This document shows, one piece after another, positions 18,469-28,373 of a stretch of 64,000 bases of DNA. Source of the DNA: an uncultured Acidobacteriota bacterium (GTDB lineage Bacteria; Acidobacteriota; Vicinamibacteria; Vicinamibacterales; 2-12-FULL-66-21); contig CAWKBU010000031.1 in the NCBI GenBank assembly GCA_963847975.1, positions 280,291-344,290 on the forward strand. The letters are read 5' to 3'. The translations under genes were made by a program, and so were the position numbers. The number at the start of each line of letters is the position of its first letter. Within the stretch, counting starts at the first letter, position 1. The notes beneath the pieces were generated by a model. It saw only the letters and a program-made list of their open reading frames with translations, was not told the DNA's origin and did not search any database.

Positions 18469-19515
18469 CTATTTCGCCAAGTACTCGTCGAGCGCGCTGC
18501 GCTTGATGCGGTAAGAGGCGCCGATCTTCTTGGCGGCGAGCTCGCCGGATTCGATGATCGCCATCACGTCGGTCTCGGGCACGCCAAGGGCCTTGGCGGC
18601 GTCAGCGGGCGACAGGAGATCGGGCAGCGCCACGGCGCTCGTGGCCGCGGTCGCGGCCGCGGCGCCCGGCATGCCCTGTTGCTGCATGATCTGCTGCGCG
18701 ATCGACAGCCCGACGGCGAGCTCGGTGGCGGCGCCGCCCGAGCCGCCGCCCTTCTCCATCCCCTGCGCCATCTGGAACTTGACGTAGTCGTTGAGGTTGC
18801 CCACCGCAGCCATCGACGAACGCTTGTCGATCGCCGTCTCGACCTCGGGTGGCACGGATACGTTCTCGACGATGAAGCTGGCGATCTCGAGGCCGTACTT
18901 CGCGGCGATAACGGGGTTGATGAGCGGCAGGAGCGCCTCACCGAGCTCGGTGTAGCGGCTGGCGACGTCGAACACCGGGATCTGCGCCGAGGCCTGCGCG
19001 TCGGCGAATACGCTCACGATGCGCGAACGCATGGTGTCGGCGAACTCGTCGAGGCGGAAATTCTGATCGGACCCGGCGACCTCCTTGAGGAAGAGCTTCG
19101 GGTCGATGATCCGGAAATCGTAGGTCCCGAAGGCCCGCACGCGCACGATCCCAAGATCGTTGTCCCGCATCATGATGGGATTGGCCGTGCCCCACTTGTT
19201 GCCGGTGAAGAGGCGGGTGTTGAGGAAGTAGACGTCGGCCTTGAACGGCGAGTTGAAGCCGTACTTCCACGACTTGAGCTTGGTGAGGACCGGAATATTG
19301 TCGGTCGTCAGCGTGTGCTTGCCCGGCCCGAACGTATCGCCGAACTCACCCACGTAGATGAACTGCACCTGCTGCGATTCGCGGACGATGAGCTGCGCCC
19401 CGTTCTTGATCGCCTTGTCATCGTCGGGGAACCGGAACGAGAGCGTGTCTCGCGAATCATCGGTCCACTCGATGATGTCGATCAGCTCACCCTTGATGAA
19501 ATCCATCAGGCCCAT
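18469..19515 (-). CDS. SPFH/band-7 protein of the YdjI / COG4260 type with a C-terminal excisionase-like HTH
   Basis: 348 aa with the diagnostic opening MGLMDFIKGELIDIIEWTDDSRDTLSFRF..IKNGAQLIVRESQ..FGPGKHTLTTDNIP..SPFKADVYF. The tail LSPADAAKALGVPETDVMAIIESGELAAKKIGASYRIKRSALDEYL resembles HTH_17. Confidence 0.8.
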   Translation of the reverse strand: MGLMDFIKGELIDIIEWTDDSRDTLSFRFPDDDKAIKNGAQLIVRESQQVQFIYVGEFGDTFGPGKHTLTTDNIPVLTKLKSWKYGFNSPFKADVYFLNTRLFTGNKWGTANPIMMRDNDLGIVRVRAFGTYDFRIIDPKLFLKEVAGSDQNFRLDEFADTMRSRIVSVFADAQASAQIPVFDVASRYTELGEALLPLINPVIAAKYGLEIASFIVENVSVPPEVETAIDKRSSMAAVGNLNDYVKFQMAQGMEKGGGSGGAATELAVGLSIAQQIMQQQGMPGAAAATAATSAVALPDLLSPADAAKALGVPETDVMAIIESGELAAKKIGASYRIKRSALDEYLAK

Positions 19516-19530
19516 AGCAACCTCTGGTAA

Positions 19531-19623
19531 GTGGGAAGTCTGACGTTTGAAGTCTGACGTATCTAAGTCTGACGTTTGAAGCGGGAAGTGGAAGTTGGAA
19601 GTTGGAAGTTAAGTCTGAAGTTG
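19531..19623. repeat. GAAGT-word element, copy 3: solo arm (no complementary arm) in a divergent promoter region
   Basis: Sequence GTGGGAAGTCTGACGTTTGAAGTCTGACGTATCTAAGTCTGACGTTTGAAGCGGGAAGTGGAAGTTGGAAGTTGGAAGTTAAGTCTGAAGTTGG. It shares a 23-nt identity with copy 1 and the GAAGCGGGAAGT.GGAAGTTG block with copy 2. Confidence 0.75.
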
Positions 19624-19665
19624 GTGTCGTGCCACTCTCCGATTCAGCGCTATTCTAAGCCATCC

Positions 19666-20394
19666 ATGGCCCCAGACGCCTCCGGATTACATTGCCCCAA
19701 TTGTGGCGCGGCGACCGAGCCGGAGGCCGGGCGCTGCCGGTATTGCCAGGCACGGCTGGCGACTGTCAGCTGTCCGTCGTGTTTCGCGCTCGGCTTCGAT
19801 GGAGCCGCGTACTGCCACAAATGCGGCGCGGCGAGAGTCCGGAGCCAGGAGGACGATGCGGCCGCGACGTGCCCGGGGTGCGGGGGCGGGCTGCGGCGGG
19901 TGGACGTCGGCGCGACACCGTTTCTGGAGTGCGTCAGGTGCGATGGGGTCTGGGTCGATGCGGAAGTGTTCGAGCGGCTCTGCGCGCAACGGGAATCGCA
20001 GACCGCTGTGCTTGCGCGCCTCGTGCCGCGACCCACAGGTGACCTGCGCGGGACGCTGCGGTACCGGCGGTGCCTCCGCTGCGGCACGATGATGAACCGC
20101 GTCAACTTCGGGAAGCTATCCGGAGCGGTGATCGACGTCTGCCGCGGGCACGGCACCTTCCTCGACGTGGGCGAGCTCCATCAGATCGTCACGTTCATCC
20201 AGGATGGCGGACTCGACCGCGCACGGGCGCAGAAGCTCGAGGAGTTGCGCGAAGGCGAGCGGCGGCTGCAGGCGCTGGAACGAAAGGCCGCGCTCAACCG
20301 GCGTTCCGATGGCGGGTCGCCCTGGGACGTGGCGGCCGAAGGCGCGACGGATCTCGGCAGCCTGATCGACCTGATCAGCGACGCCCTTACTTAG
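19666..20394 (+). CDS. Zinc-ribbon protein with two zf-TFIIB-type modules (YdjG-like)
   Basis: ATG 19666 inside ORF 19576..20394; the upstream 30 codons are GAAGT repeat. Motifs are [42 protein letters not shown] and [24 protein letters not shown]. Confidence 0.7.
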   Translation: MAPDASGLHCPNCGAATEPEAGRCRYCQARLATVSCPSCFALGFDGAAYCHKCGAARVRSQEDDAAATCPGCGGGLRRVDVGATPFLECVRCDGVWVDAEVFERLCAQRESQTAVLARLVPRPTGDLRGTLRYRRCLRCGTMMNRVNFGKLSGAVIDVCRGHGTFLDVGELHQIVTFIQDGGLDRARAQKLEELREGERRLQALERKAALNRRSDGGSPWDVAAEGATDLGSLIDLISDALT

Positions 20395-20807
20395 CCTCAG
20401 CCGCCGGTACGAAGTTCAGCGCGACACCGTTGATGCAGTAGCGGAGACCCGTCGGCGGTGGACCGTCCTCGAAGACGTGGCCAAGATGTCCGCCGCAGCG
20501 GTTGCAGTGGACCTCGGTGCGCCGCATGAACAGACTGTCGTCGTCGGTCGGTTCCGACCGCGCCCGGGAGCGGCGCGAAGAAGCTCGGCCAGCCGGTGCC
20601 GCTCTCGAACTTGCGATCGGCCACAAAGAGCGGGTTTCCGCAGGCAGCACACGAAAACGCGCCCGCACGATGCTCTTTGAGGAGCGCGCACGACCCCGGG
20701 CGCTCCGTGCCGTGACGGCGCAGCACCTGATACTGCTCCGGCGTCAGGATCTTCCGCCACTCTTCGTCAGTCTTCACGACTTCGAACGCTTTGGTTGTCT
20801 CGGCCAT
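20387..20807 (-). pseudogene. msrB: Peptide-methionine (R)-S-oxide reductase, one apparent frameshift
   Basis: ORF 20397..20807 (…[34 protein letters not shown]) continues in ORF 20387..20668 (…[43 protein letters not shown]). The switch lies near 20545. Confidence 0.8.
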
Positions 20808-20818
20808 TGCTCGCCTTC

Positions 20819-22430
20819 CTACTGCTTGAATACTTTACCGACATCAAGACCGAACTGCGGCTTGTCGCGGGTGCCGCCAATCTTGAGCGGCACGAGCGCG
20901 CCCGCGCCCTTCTTGCGGAAGACGGGATCCACGGCCTTCAGAAAGAACCCCTTCAAGCCGCCGCCGGCCGCCTCCGAAATCGTCGCGTCCATCCGCAGCG
21001 TGCCCTCGAAGGCGATCGCTTCGCTGCGCAGTCCGTACGAGCCATGCAGCCGCACAAGCGCTCCTGGCAAGCCAAACGACAGATCCGAGAACGAGAGCGA
21101 CCCGTCCTTGAGCGCGAACCGACCGCTCAAGTCTGACACGACATTCTCGGCCGCCTGTTGCGGATCGCGGCCGCGCGCGCGGTGGCTCATCCCCGACAGT
21201 TTCTTCTGCACCCCCGCGTCGGTGAACTTCGCGGCATCCACATCGAAGACGCCGGCGAGCAGCAGCTTCTCGACCACGTCGCGATCCCCGGGCGGCAACT
21301 CGAAGTCCGTCTTCAGGCCGAGGCGGCCCACGAGCAGCGGCTTGTCGCCCTTGACCGCCAGGCGCAGCACATCCTCGATCCGCCCTTCCTGGATGTGCAC
21401 GTTCAATTTGACCGTGCGGCCCTTGACGCCCTTCGTGCCGGTCACCGCGCCTTTCGCGGTCAGCGACGTCTGCAGAAACTGCGCGTTGACTTCATTCAGG
21501 TAGGTGTCGCCGTCGGTGCCATCGACGACGGCCTCGAAGCTCGTGCTGAGCGCCACCGGCTGACGGCTGATGTCGAGGTGGAAGTCGGGCACGTGCGTCT
21601 CGCCCTTGACGGCGATGCGCGCCAGCTCGCCCTGGAACGATCCCTTCGAATCGAGCGTCCCGCCGATGCCCTTGATGGTATCGAGATCGGCCTTCTGGAA
21701 GTTGTAGTACCCCGCGAGTGGGGTCGCACCCGGACTCCCCTTCTGCCACGGTCCAAACGTGCCGGCCGTCTCAATCTGACCTTTCGGCAGCGGGTTGGTC
21801 AGGATGGCGGTAAACGGCATCTTCTCGGCAATGCCCGAGCGACCGCATCGTCAGGGCCTGGATCGCGAACTCCTTCGGCAGCTTACCCTCGCGCCGCGGG
21901 ATGATCCGCAGGAGCGCGCCGTCGGCGACGAGCTCGTCGACGATGATCGGTGATTCGCGACGATCGCCCGCTGCCTGGGTGGGCTCCGCTGGGGGCGCCG
22001 TTTCCGCCGCGTCGCGGGCTTTGGTGGCCTCGCCGATCGGATTGCCGTTCTTCTTCAATCCGCCCGGTGGGATGTTGACGACCAGCTTCTCGAGCGTCAC
22101 GTGCTTGAAACGGCGTGGGCGACGCAGCAGGTCGACGATGCCGCAGTGGACGGTGAAGCTTTCGATCTCGATGAGCGGAGGAACCGACGGGTCCGTCACG
22201 TTTCGGAGCCGGAGCGTCAGACCCGATCCCTGGACGGTGACCGCCGGAAAGAGATCGACGCTGAAGGCCTTCAGCTCGACGTGGCTGTTGAGCCGATCTT
22301 CGAGCGTCGCGACGACGAGTTTGCGCAGCGGCTCGGTGCGCGAGCCGGCGGCAGCGGCGATGGTCAGGACGACCAGCGTGCCCACGACCGCGGCCGCCAC
22401 CCACGCCGCGGTTTTGAGTTTCATGGGCAT
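20819..22430 (-). pseudogene. AsmA-family outer-membrane biogenesis protein, one frame break
   Basis: ORF 21771..22430 (N-terminal anchor MPMKLKTAAWVAAAVVGTLVVLTIAAAA) joins ORF 20819..21820 near 21835 (…EFAIQALTMRSLG | AEKMPFTAILTNPLPKGQIETAG…). The C-terminus is KIGGTRDKPQFGLD. Confidence 0.65.
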
Positions 22431-22438
22431 ACCTGTTT

Positions 22439-22513
22439 CCGGGATCCGGGATCAGGGATCTGAAACCCTGACCCCTGTTCGTGGGTGTTGGCCCTGAGCC
22501 CTGATCCCTGATG
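22439..22513. repeat. Imperfect hairpin built from GGGATC(A/C) heptamers, between two co-oriented genes
   Basis: The left arm CCGGGATCCGGGATCAGGGATC pairs with the right arm GGCCCTGAGCCCTGATCCCTGATG (about 15/18 in the best register). It ends 2 nt before the stop of 22516..23334. Confidence 0.55.
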
Positions 22514-22515
22514 TG

Positions 22516-23334
22516 TCACTTCTCCGGCGCTTGCTTGGCGATCTCGAGCACGTCGGCGGCCGGAAGGATGACGCCGAGCAGCCCCATGCTCTCGCTTCCG
22601 CCCATCATCGACGCCATGCTGGCGCGGCCTGCCTCGATCTGCCGCAGCGTGAGGAGGCCGACCACCCGCCCGTTGGTGAGGAACGCGGGCGTCCCCATGC
22701 CCGACGAGGCGCCCGCGAGCACGTAGAACGTCCGCGGCTTCTCGATGATGGCGCCGACGTCGTAGAGTGCCGCGCCGGCCGTCCACCCACCGACCCGCCC
22801 GAGCCGCGAGAGCACGAGCACTTGATCGAGCAGAGCGGGCTTGGCCGCGTCCGTCAGATCGAGCGCGACGAGCGGCGTCTCCGGCCTCGTCGTGGGACGC
22901 AGAAACGCGAGGTCGAGATCCTCGTCGCGCAACACAATCTTGGCCGGCAGCTCGCGCCCGTTGGACAGACGGATCTTCACTTCCGTCGGCTCGGTCGTGA
23001 TTTCGACTGCGGGCTGACCGTTGCCGCCGCCTCCGCCCGAACCCATGAGCTTGCTCATCATCGCGCCCGGGTTGAGCGAGCCGAGCGACAGCACCGTCAG
23101 GCCCGATGGATCAATAACCGTGCCGACGGTATCGACGGGGTCGTCTGACGCCTGCATTTCCCGCCCGCCCATCGACATGCGCATCTTGAGCACCACGCGC
23201 ACGTTGACGACGGCTTCCTGCCACTTCTTGACGACGTCCCTGGCGGCCGACCGATTGTCCTGGGCGGCAAGGGGCATCGACAGCAGGGCGGGAGCGAGCA
23301 GCAAGGCGGCCAGAGCAGCCAGTGGGGTTCTCAT
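22516..23334 (-). CDS. Secreted trypsin-fold (HtrA-like) protease-domain paralogue, apparently lacking the catalytic His and Ser
   Basis: Start ATG 23334 (MRTPLAALAALLLAPALLSMPLAAQ); the longer ORF to 23409 is GAAGT repeat. It has the HtrA-like layout (DLDLAFLRP Asp block). The His block reads GLTVLSLGSL, and the GNSGGP block reads SSGMGTP. Confidence 0.5.
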   Translation of the reverse strand: MRTPLAALAALLLAPALLSMPLAAQDNRSAARDVVKKWQEAVVNVRVVLKMRMSMGGREMQASDDPVDTVGTVIDPSGLTVLSLGSLNPGAMMSKLMGSGGGGGNGQPAVEITTEPTEVKIRLSNGRELPAKIVLRDEDLDLAFLRPTTRPETPLVALDLTDAAKPALLDQVLVLSRLGRVGGWTAGAALYDVGAIIEKPRTFYVLAGASSGMGTPAFLTNGRVVGLLTLRQIEAGRASMASMMGGSESMGLLGVILPAADVLEIAKQAPEK

Positions 23335-23348
23335 AGTGGGTAGTCTGT

Positions 23349-23568
23349 GAAAGTCTGAAGTCTGACGTGGGAAGTCTGAAGTTATGAAGTCTGAACTGTG
23401 AAGTCTCAAGTGGAAGTCTGAAGTTAAGTCGTTGGAAGTGGAAAGTCTGAAGTCGGACGGCCCGAGGAAAGCGGAAAGCTGGAACGTGCCGAACTTCGCA
23501 CTTCAACTTCCAACTTCCCGCTTCTCACTTCCTCACTTCAGACTTCCCACGTCAGACTTCACACTTTC
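23349..23568. repeat. GAAGT-word palindromic element, copy 2
   Basis: The outer 34 nt of the left arm (GAAAGTCTGAAGTCTGACGTGGGAAGTCTGAAGT) pair with the right arm with 1 mismatch; the interior is ~60% complementary GAAGT words. The reverse complement of the right arm matches the copy-1 arm at 44/47 nt. Confidence 0.8.
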
Positions 23569-23581
23569 ATTGGCCATTGCC

Positions 23582-25603
23582 CTATCGCCATCCCGTCTCC
23601 AGCTCGACAAAGAACGTGCGGATCCCGCGCCGGACCTTGAACACCACGGAACCGGGCTTCGCCTCCGCGACGCGGGCCATCTTGCGCTGGACGGCCTCGA
23701 CGTCGGCGACGCTCTCGCCGTCGATCGTGAGCAGCATGTCTCCGTCGGCGAGGTGGCCGAGCGCCGCCCAGCCGCCTTCCCGGACGGCGTCCACGAGCAC
23801 GCCGGATTGATCCGCGGGCAGGCGTGACGACACGCGGTCGGCGGCGGCGATGTCGCGCACGCGGAACTCGAAGCTCGGGTCCTCGGTATTTTTCATCTCG
23901 CGCGGCAGCCGTGGCGAAGTATCGAGCTTCACGGCGACGTCCACGGGCTTGCCGTTCCTGACGAGCGTCAGCGTCGCGGTCGATCCGATCTTGTACTGGC
24001 GGATGAGCGTGGCGAACAGATCCGCGTCGGAGGTCTGGGAGGCCTCGAGGGCGTTGCCGTCGAGCGCGGTGATGACGTCGCCCACCTTCAGACCCGCCGC
24101 TTCGGCGCCACCGCCGTAGACGCGGGTGATGCGCACGCCAGTCCGGCCAGACAAATTGAGCCGTTCGGCGAGCTCGCGCGTCAGCACCTGCACCGCGATC
24201 GGCACCCAGGCCTTCCTCGCTTCGAGACCCGGATCCTCGAGCCCGGGCCGGCCGAGCTCGATCACGGTCAGCAATCGCTCGCCCGCGCGCTCGAACGCCA
24301 CGAGCGAAGACACCCGCGTGTCCTTCCCGCGCGTCAGCGTCTCGACCGCGCTCTCGAGCGCCTCGAACGACGCCGTCGGGCGGTCGTCGATCGCCACAAT
24401 CACGTCGTCGTCGCGCAGCGCCGGCTTGGCTTCGTCGGCCGGGCCACCCGGCCTGACGCCTCGCACCCGCACCCCGTCGCGGCTTGCGCGCTTGAGCTCC
24501 TTGGCCGCCCATCCCGTCAGGTTGGAAGCCGCGATGCCGGCGAGCGGCAGCTCGCGCGTCCGGGCATCGACGCTCTCGCGCTCCGAGGGCGTCACCCGCA
24601 GTGTCTTCTCGGCGCCGTCGCGGAGCACCGTCGCCTCGACGGGCGTGCCGATCGGCAGGCGCATGACCATCTGGTTGAAGACCGGGACTTCCTCCGCGAA
24701 GCGGACGAGGACGTCGCGGCCGGCGAGCTTCACCAGGATGTCGCCAGAGGCAAAGCCGGCGGCGGCGGCGGGCGACCCGTCGATGGTGCCGCCCACGAGC
24801 GCCCCGCGCGTGGCCTTGCTCGACGCGAGCAGCGGCTGTATCTCGAGGCCGATCCACCCGCGCTTCACGTGACCGTCGCGAATGATCGCGTTGGCGACCT
24901 CGCGCGCGAGATCGGCGGGAATCGCACCCGCCAGGCCGAGGCTGATCTCGTTGATGCCGACGATCTGCCCCTGCAGGTTGATGAGCGGACCGCCGGAGTT
25001 GCCGCCAAAGATGGCGGCATCGTGCCCGATCCAGCGCACGATCGACCCGACGTCCTCGCCGTCGAGCGTCATCCGGTTGAACGGCCAGAACATGCCCGGC
25101 ATGATCATCTCGGTGTTGCTGACGATGCCCATCGTGACCGACTGCGAGAGGGCGAGAGGACTGCCGAGGGCGAGCACGCGGTCGCCGACCTTGAGCGTGG
25201 CGACGTCGCCGAAGGAGGCGACGGGAAATCGGCGCGGCGTCGCCGGCCGCAGCCTGAGGACGGCGATGTCCGAGAGCGGGTCGGTCCCCACGAGCTCGGC
25301 GGGGATCTCTTCGCGGTTGGCGAGGGTGCAGGTGATCGCGCGCGTGCGTCCCGCGACGTGATGGTTGGTAATCACCAACCCTTCCGGCGCGATGATCGTG
25401 CCGCTGCCAGAGGCCTCGCGCTTGAGCTCCCGGCCGTCCTGAAAGTCGACCGCGACGACATGGATGCGAACGAGACTGGGCGCGACCTTGGCCAGGGCGG
25501 CCTGGACTTCAACCGTCTGTTCCGGCGAAGATGGCGCGGGCTGTGCGGATGCCACCCCGGCCAACACGCTCATCGACACGACTACGGCAAACGCTCTGCG
25601 CAT
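23582..25603 (-). CDS. HtrA/DegP-family serine protease with four PDZ-like domains
   Basis: Start ATG 25603 (MRRAFAVVVSMSVLAGVASA). The triad blocks are ITNHHVAG, DPLSDIAVLRL and FGGNSGGPLINLQGQIVGI. Four PDZ-like segments follow (FASGDILVKLAG, DDDVIVAIDD, LKVGDVITALDG, LADGDMLLTIDG). Confidence 0.85.
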   Translation of the reverse strand: MRRAFAVVVSMSVLAGVASAQPAPSSPEQTVEVQAALAKVAPSLVRIHVVAVDFQDGRELKREASGSGTIIAPEGLVITNHHVAGRTRAITCTLANREEIPAELVGTDPLSDIAVLRLRPATPRRFPVASFGDVATLKVGDRVLALGSPLALSQSVTMGIVSNTEMIMPGMFWPFNRMTLDGEDVGSIVRWIGHDAAIFGGNSGGPLINLQGQIVGINEISLGLAGAIPADLAREVANAIIRDGHVKRGWIGLEIQPLLASSKATRGALVGGTIDGSPAAAAGFASGDILVKLAGRDVLVRFAEEVPVFNQMVMRLPIGTPVEATVLRDGAEKTLRVTPSERESVDARTRELPLAGIAASNLTGWAAKELKRASRDGVRVRGVRPGGPADEAKPALRDDDVIVAIDDRPTASFEALESAVETLTRGKDTRVSSLVAFERAGERLLTVIELGRPGLEDPGLEARKAWVPIAVQVLTRELAERLNLSGRTGVRITRVYGGGAEAAGLKVGDVITALDGNALEASQTSDADLFATLIRQYKIGSTATLTLVRNGKPVDVAVKLDTSPRLPREMKNTEDPSFEFRVRDIAAADRVSSRLPADQSGVLVDAVREGGWAALGHLADGDMLLTIDGESVADVEAVQRKMARVAEAKPGSVVFKVRRGIRTFFVELETGWR

Positions 25604-25821
25604 GGCCTTGATCTTATCCTTATTGTTCGCCGGCCCCGCCCGCTGGCGCGGTTCTCGCAAGCACCGCTCTCGCGAGCGGGGGGACGTGGTAATCTCTCCC
25701 TGAAGCCACCCGCGTTCCGATGGCGGCTTGGCTACCGCCTAGCCGTAGGACGCGCCCGGGACGGCTCTGTTGCGACGTCGGGGCCGATCTCGCGAGACAA
25801 CGGTCGCCGAGGCATCGCGAC

Positions 25822-26850
<1,029 letters not shown>

Positions 26851-26855
26851 GGGTG

Positions 26856-27062
26856 ATGGCCGGCGCGACAACATGCCCGCTGTGCGGCGGCGCGAACGAT
26901 TGCGGGACTGCCCAGGGAAAACCCGCGTGCTGGTGCTACTCGGTAGCCATCGCCCCTGAGGTGCTTGCCCGCGTGCCTGACGATCAGCGCGGCGTCAGCT
27001 GCGTGTGCCAAAGGTGCGCTGAAGCGATGTCCGCGCCCGAACCTCTCCCGAAGAAGCAATGA
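26856..27062 (+). CDS. Cysteine-rich CWC-family small protein
   Basis: 68 aa: MAGATTCPLCGGANDCGTAQGKPACWCYSVAIAPEVLARVP..VSCVCQRC. Its stop overlaps the copC ATG (ATGA at 27059-27062). Confidence 0.6.
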   Translation: MAGATTCPLCGGANDCGTAQGKPACWCYSVAIAPEVLARVPDDQRGVSCVCQRCAEAMSAPEPLPKKQ

Positions 27063-27439
27063 GGAAGACGTCGACGCTCTGGTTTCTGTGCGCAGCGGCG
27101 CTCTGCCTGTGCCCCATCCTCTTGTCGGCACACCTCAAGCTCACGCGCAGCTCGCCACAGGCCGACGCCGTGCTCGAGTCCTCGCCGGCCGCGCTGCAGC
27201 TGTGGTTCAGCGAGGAACCGCTGTTGCTGATGAGCGGCGTCACCCTGACGGGACCCGCGGGGGCGGTCAAACTCGAGGCGCCGCGGGCCGGCGGCGATCG
27301 TTCGCTCATCGTATCGGTCGGCACCAAGCTCGAGCCCGGCGCCTATCGCATCGCGTGGAAGAGCGCTGGCGACGACGGCCACACGACGAGCGGCACCGTG
27401 GACTTCTCGGTGAAAGCCCGAACACCGCCTGCGCAGTGA
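27059..27439 (+). CDS. copC: Copper-resistance protein CopC
   Basis: 126 aa with a signal peptide, then the mature N-terminus HLKLTRSSP. The text YRIAWKSAGDDGHTTSGTVDFSV is typical of CopC/YobA. Confidence 0.8.
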   Translation: MRKTSTLWFLCAAALCLCPILLSAHLKLTRSSPQADAVLESSPAALQLWFSEEPLLLMSGVTLTGPAGAVKLEAPRAGGDRSLIVSVGTKLEPGAYRIAWKSAGDDGHTTSGTVDFSVKARTPPAQ

Positions 27440-28344
27440 CGCTCGATCCCGCGTTCATCACCGCCATCAAGAGCACGACGCGCGCCGCGGTGTACGGGGC
27501 TTCGGCCCTCGTGGTCGGTGCTGCGGTCTTTCAGACATTGGTCCTGCAGCGGGCGTCGGCGATGAGCGCCGATGAGCGCGCCTACGCTCGAACGCGCGCC
27601 AGAACGATCGGGTACATCGCCGCGTGGGTGTTGCTGTTGAGCCACCTCGCACGACTCTACATTCAGGTCATCGACAGCTTTCTCGTCGCCGTGCCGACGA
27701 CAGAGATGCTCGGACAGCTGTTCTTCTCGACCCGGGCGTGGGGACGAGGCATCCTGGCGCAGCTCGTCATCAGCGCGAGCCTGGTGGGAGTGCTGATGGC
27801 GACGCGGCGCGCACGCGGAGCGGTGCCCTGGCTGATGACGGGAACCGCGATTCTGGCGGCGGTGTGCGTTCCCCTGACTGGACACGCGATCGGACACGCC
27901 GGACCGGTCGCTGTCGCGGCGCAGTCAACCCACGTCCTCGCCGTCGGCGCCTGGCTGGGTACGCTGACCGTCCTCTGGCTCACCTGCCGCCGGCTGCCGT
28001 CGGCTGCCGGTCTCGCCGCCGTAGTCCGCGCATTCTCGCCCGTGGCCCTCACGTCGGCAGCCGTGCTGGCGCTGGCCGGGACCGCGACGTACTTCTTGCA
28101 CGTGGGAAATCTCAGCCACCTGCTATCAACGGAGTACGGCGTCGTGCTCGTACTCAAGATCGCGGTCTTCATGTCCGCGGCCGGCGCCGGTTACGTGAAC
28201 TGGCGGCACGTAACGCCGCGACTCGAGCTGACCGGCCACCGCGAGACTTTCACCCGCTCAGCGGCGCTCGAGATCGCACTCGCCGTCATGGCGGTGCTCT
28301 TGACGACGGTGCTGACCAACCTGGAACAACCGGGGGATGAGTAA
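27436..28344 (+). CDS. copD: Copper-resistance membrane protein CopD
   Basis: GTG 27436 overlaps the copC stop (GTGA). The product is polytopic, with PLTGHAIGH and THVLAVGAWLGTL blocks. It is the C-terminal part of ORF 26965..28344. Confidence 0.75.
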   Translation: MTLDPAFITAIKSTTRAAVYGASALVVGAAVFQTLVLQRASAMSADERAYARTRARTIGYIAAWVLLLSHLARLYIQVIDSFLVAVPTTEMLGQLFFSTRAWGRGILAQLVISASLVGVLMATRRARGAVPWLMTGTAILAAVCVPLTGHAIGHAGPVAVAAQSTHVLAVGAWLGTLTVLWLTCRRLPSAAGLAAVVRAFSPVALTSAAVLALAGTATYFLHVGNLSHLLSTEYGVVLVLKIAVFMSAAGAGYVNWRHVTPRLELTGHRETFTRSAALEIALAVMAVLLTTVLTNLEQPGDE

Positions 28345-28373
28345 CGCGCCCGTTCTCCTGCAAACAACCGCAT

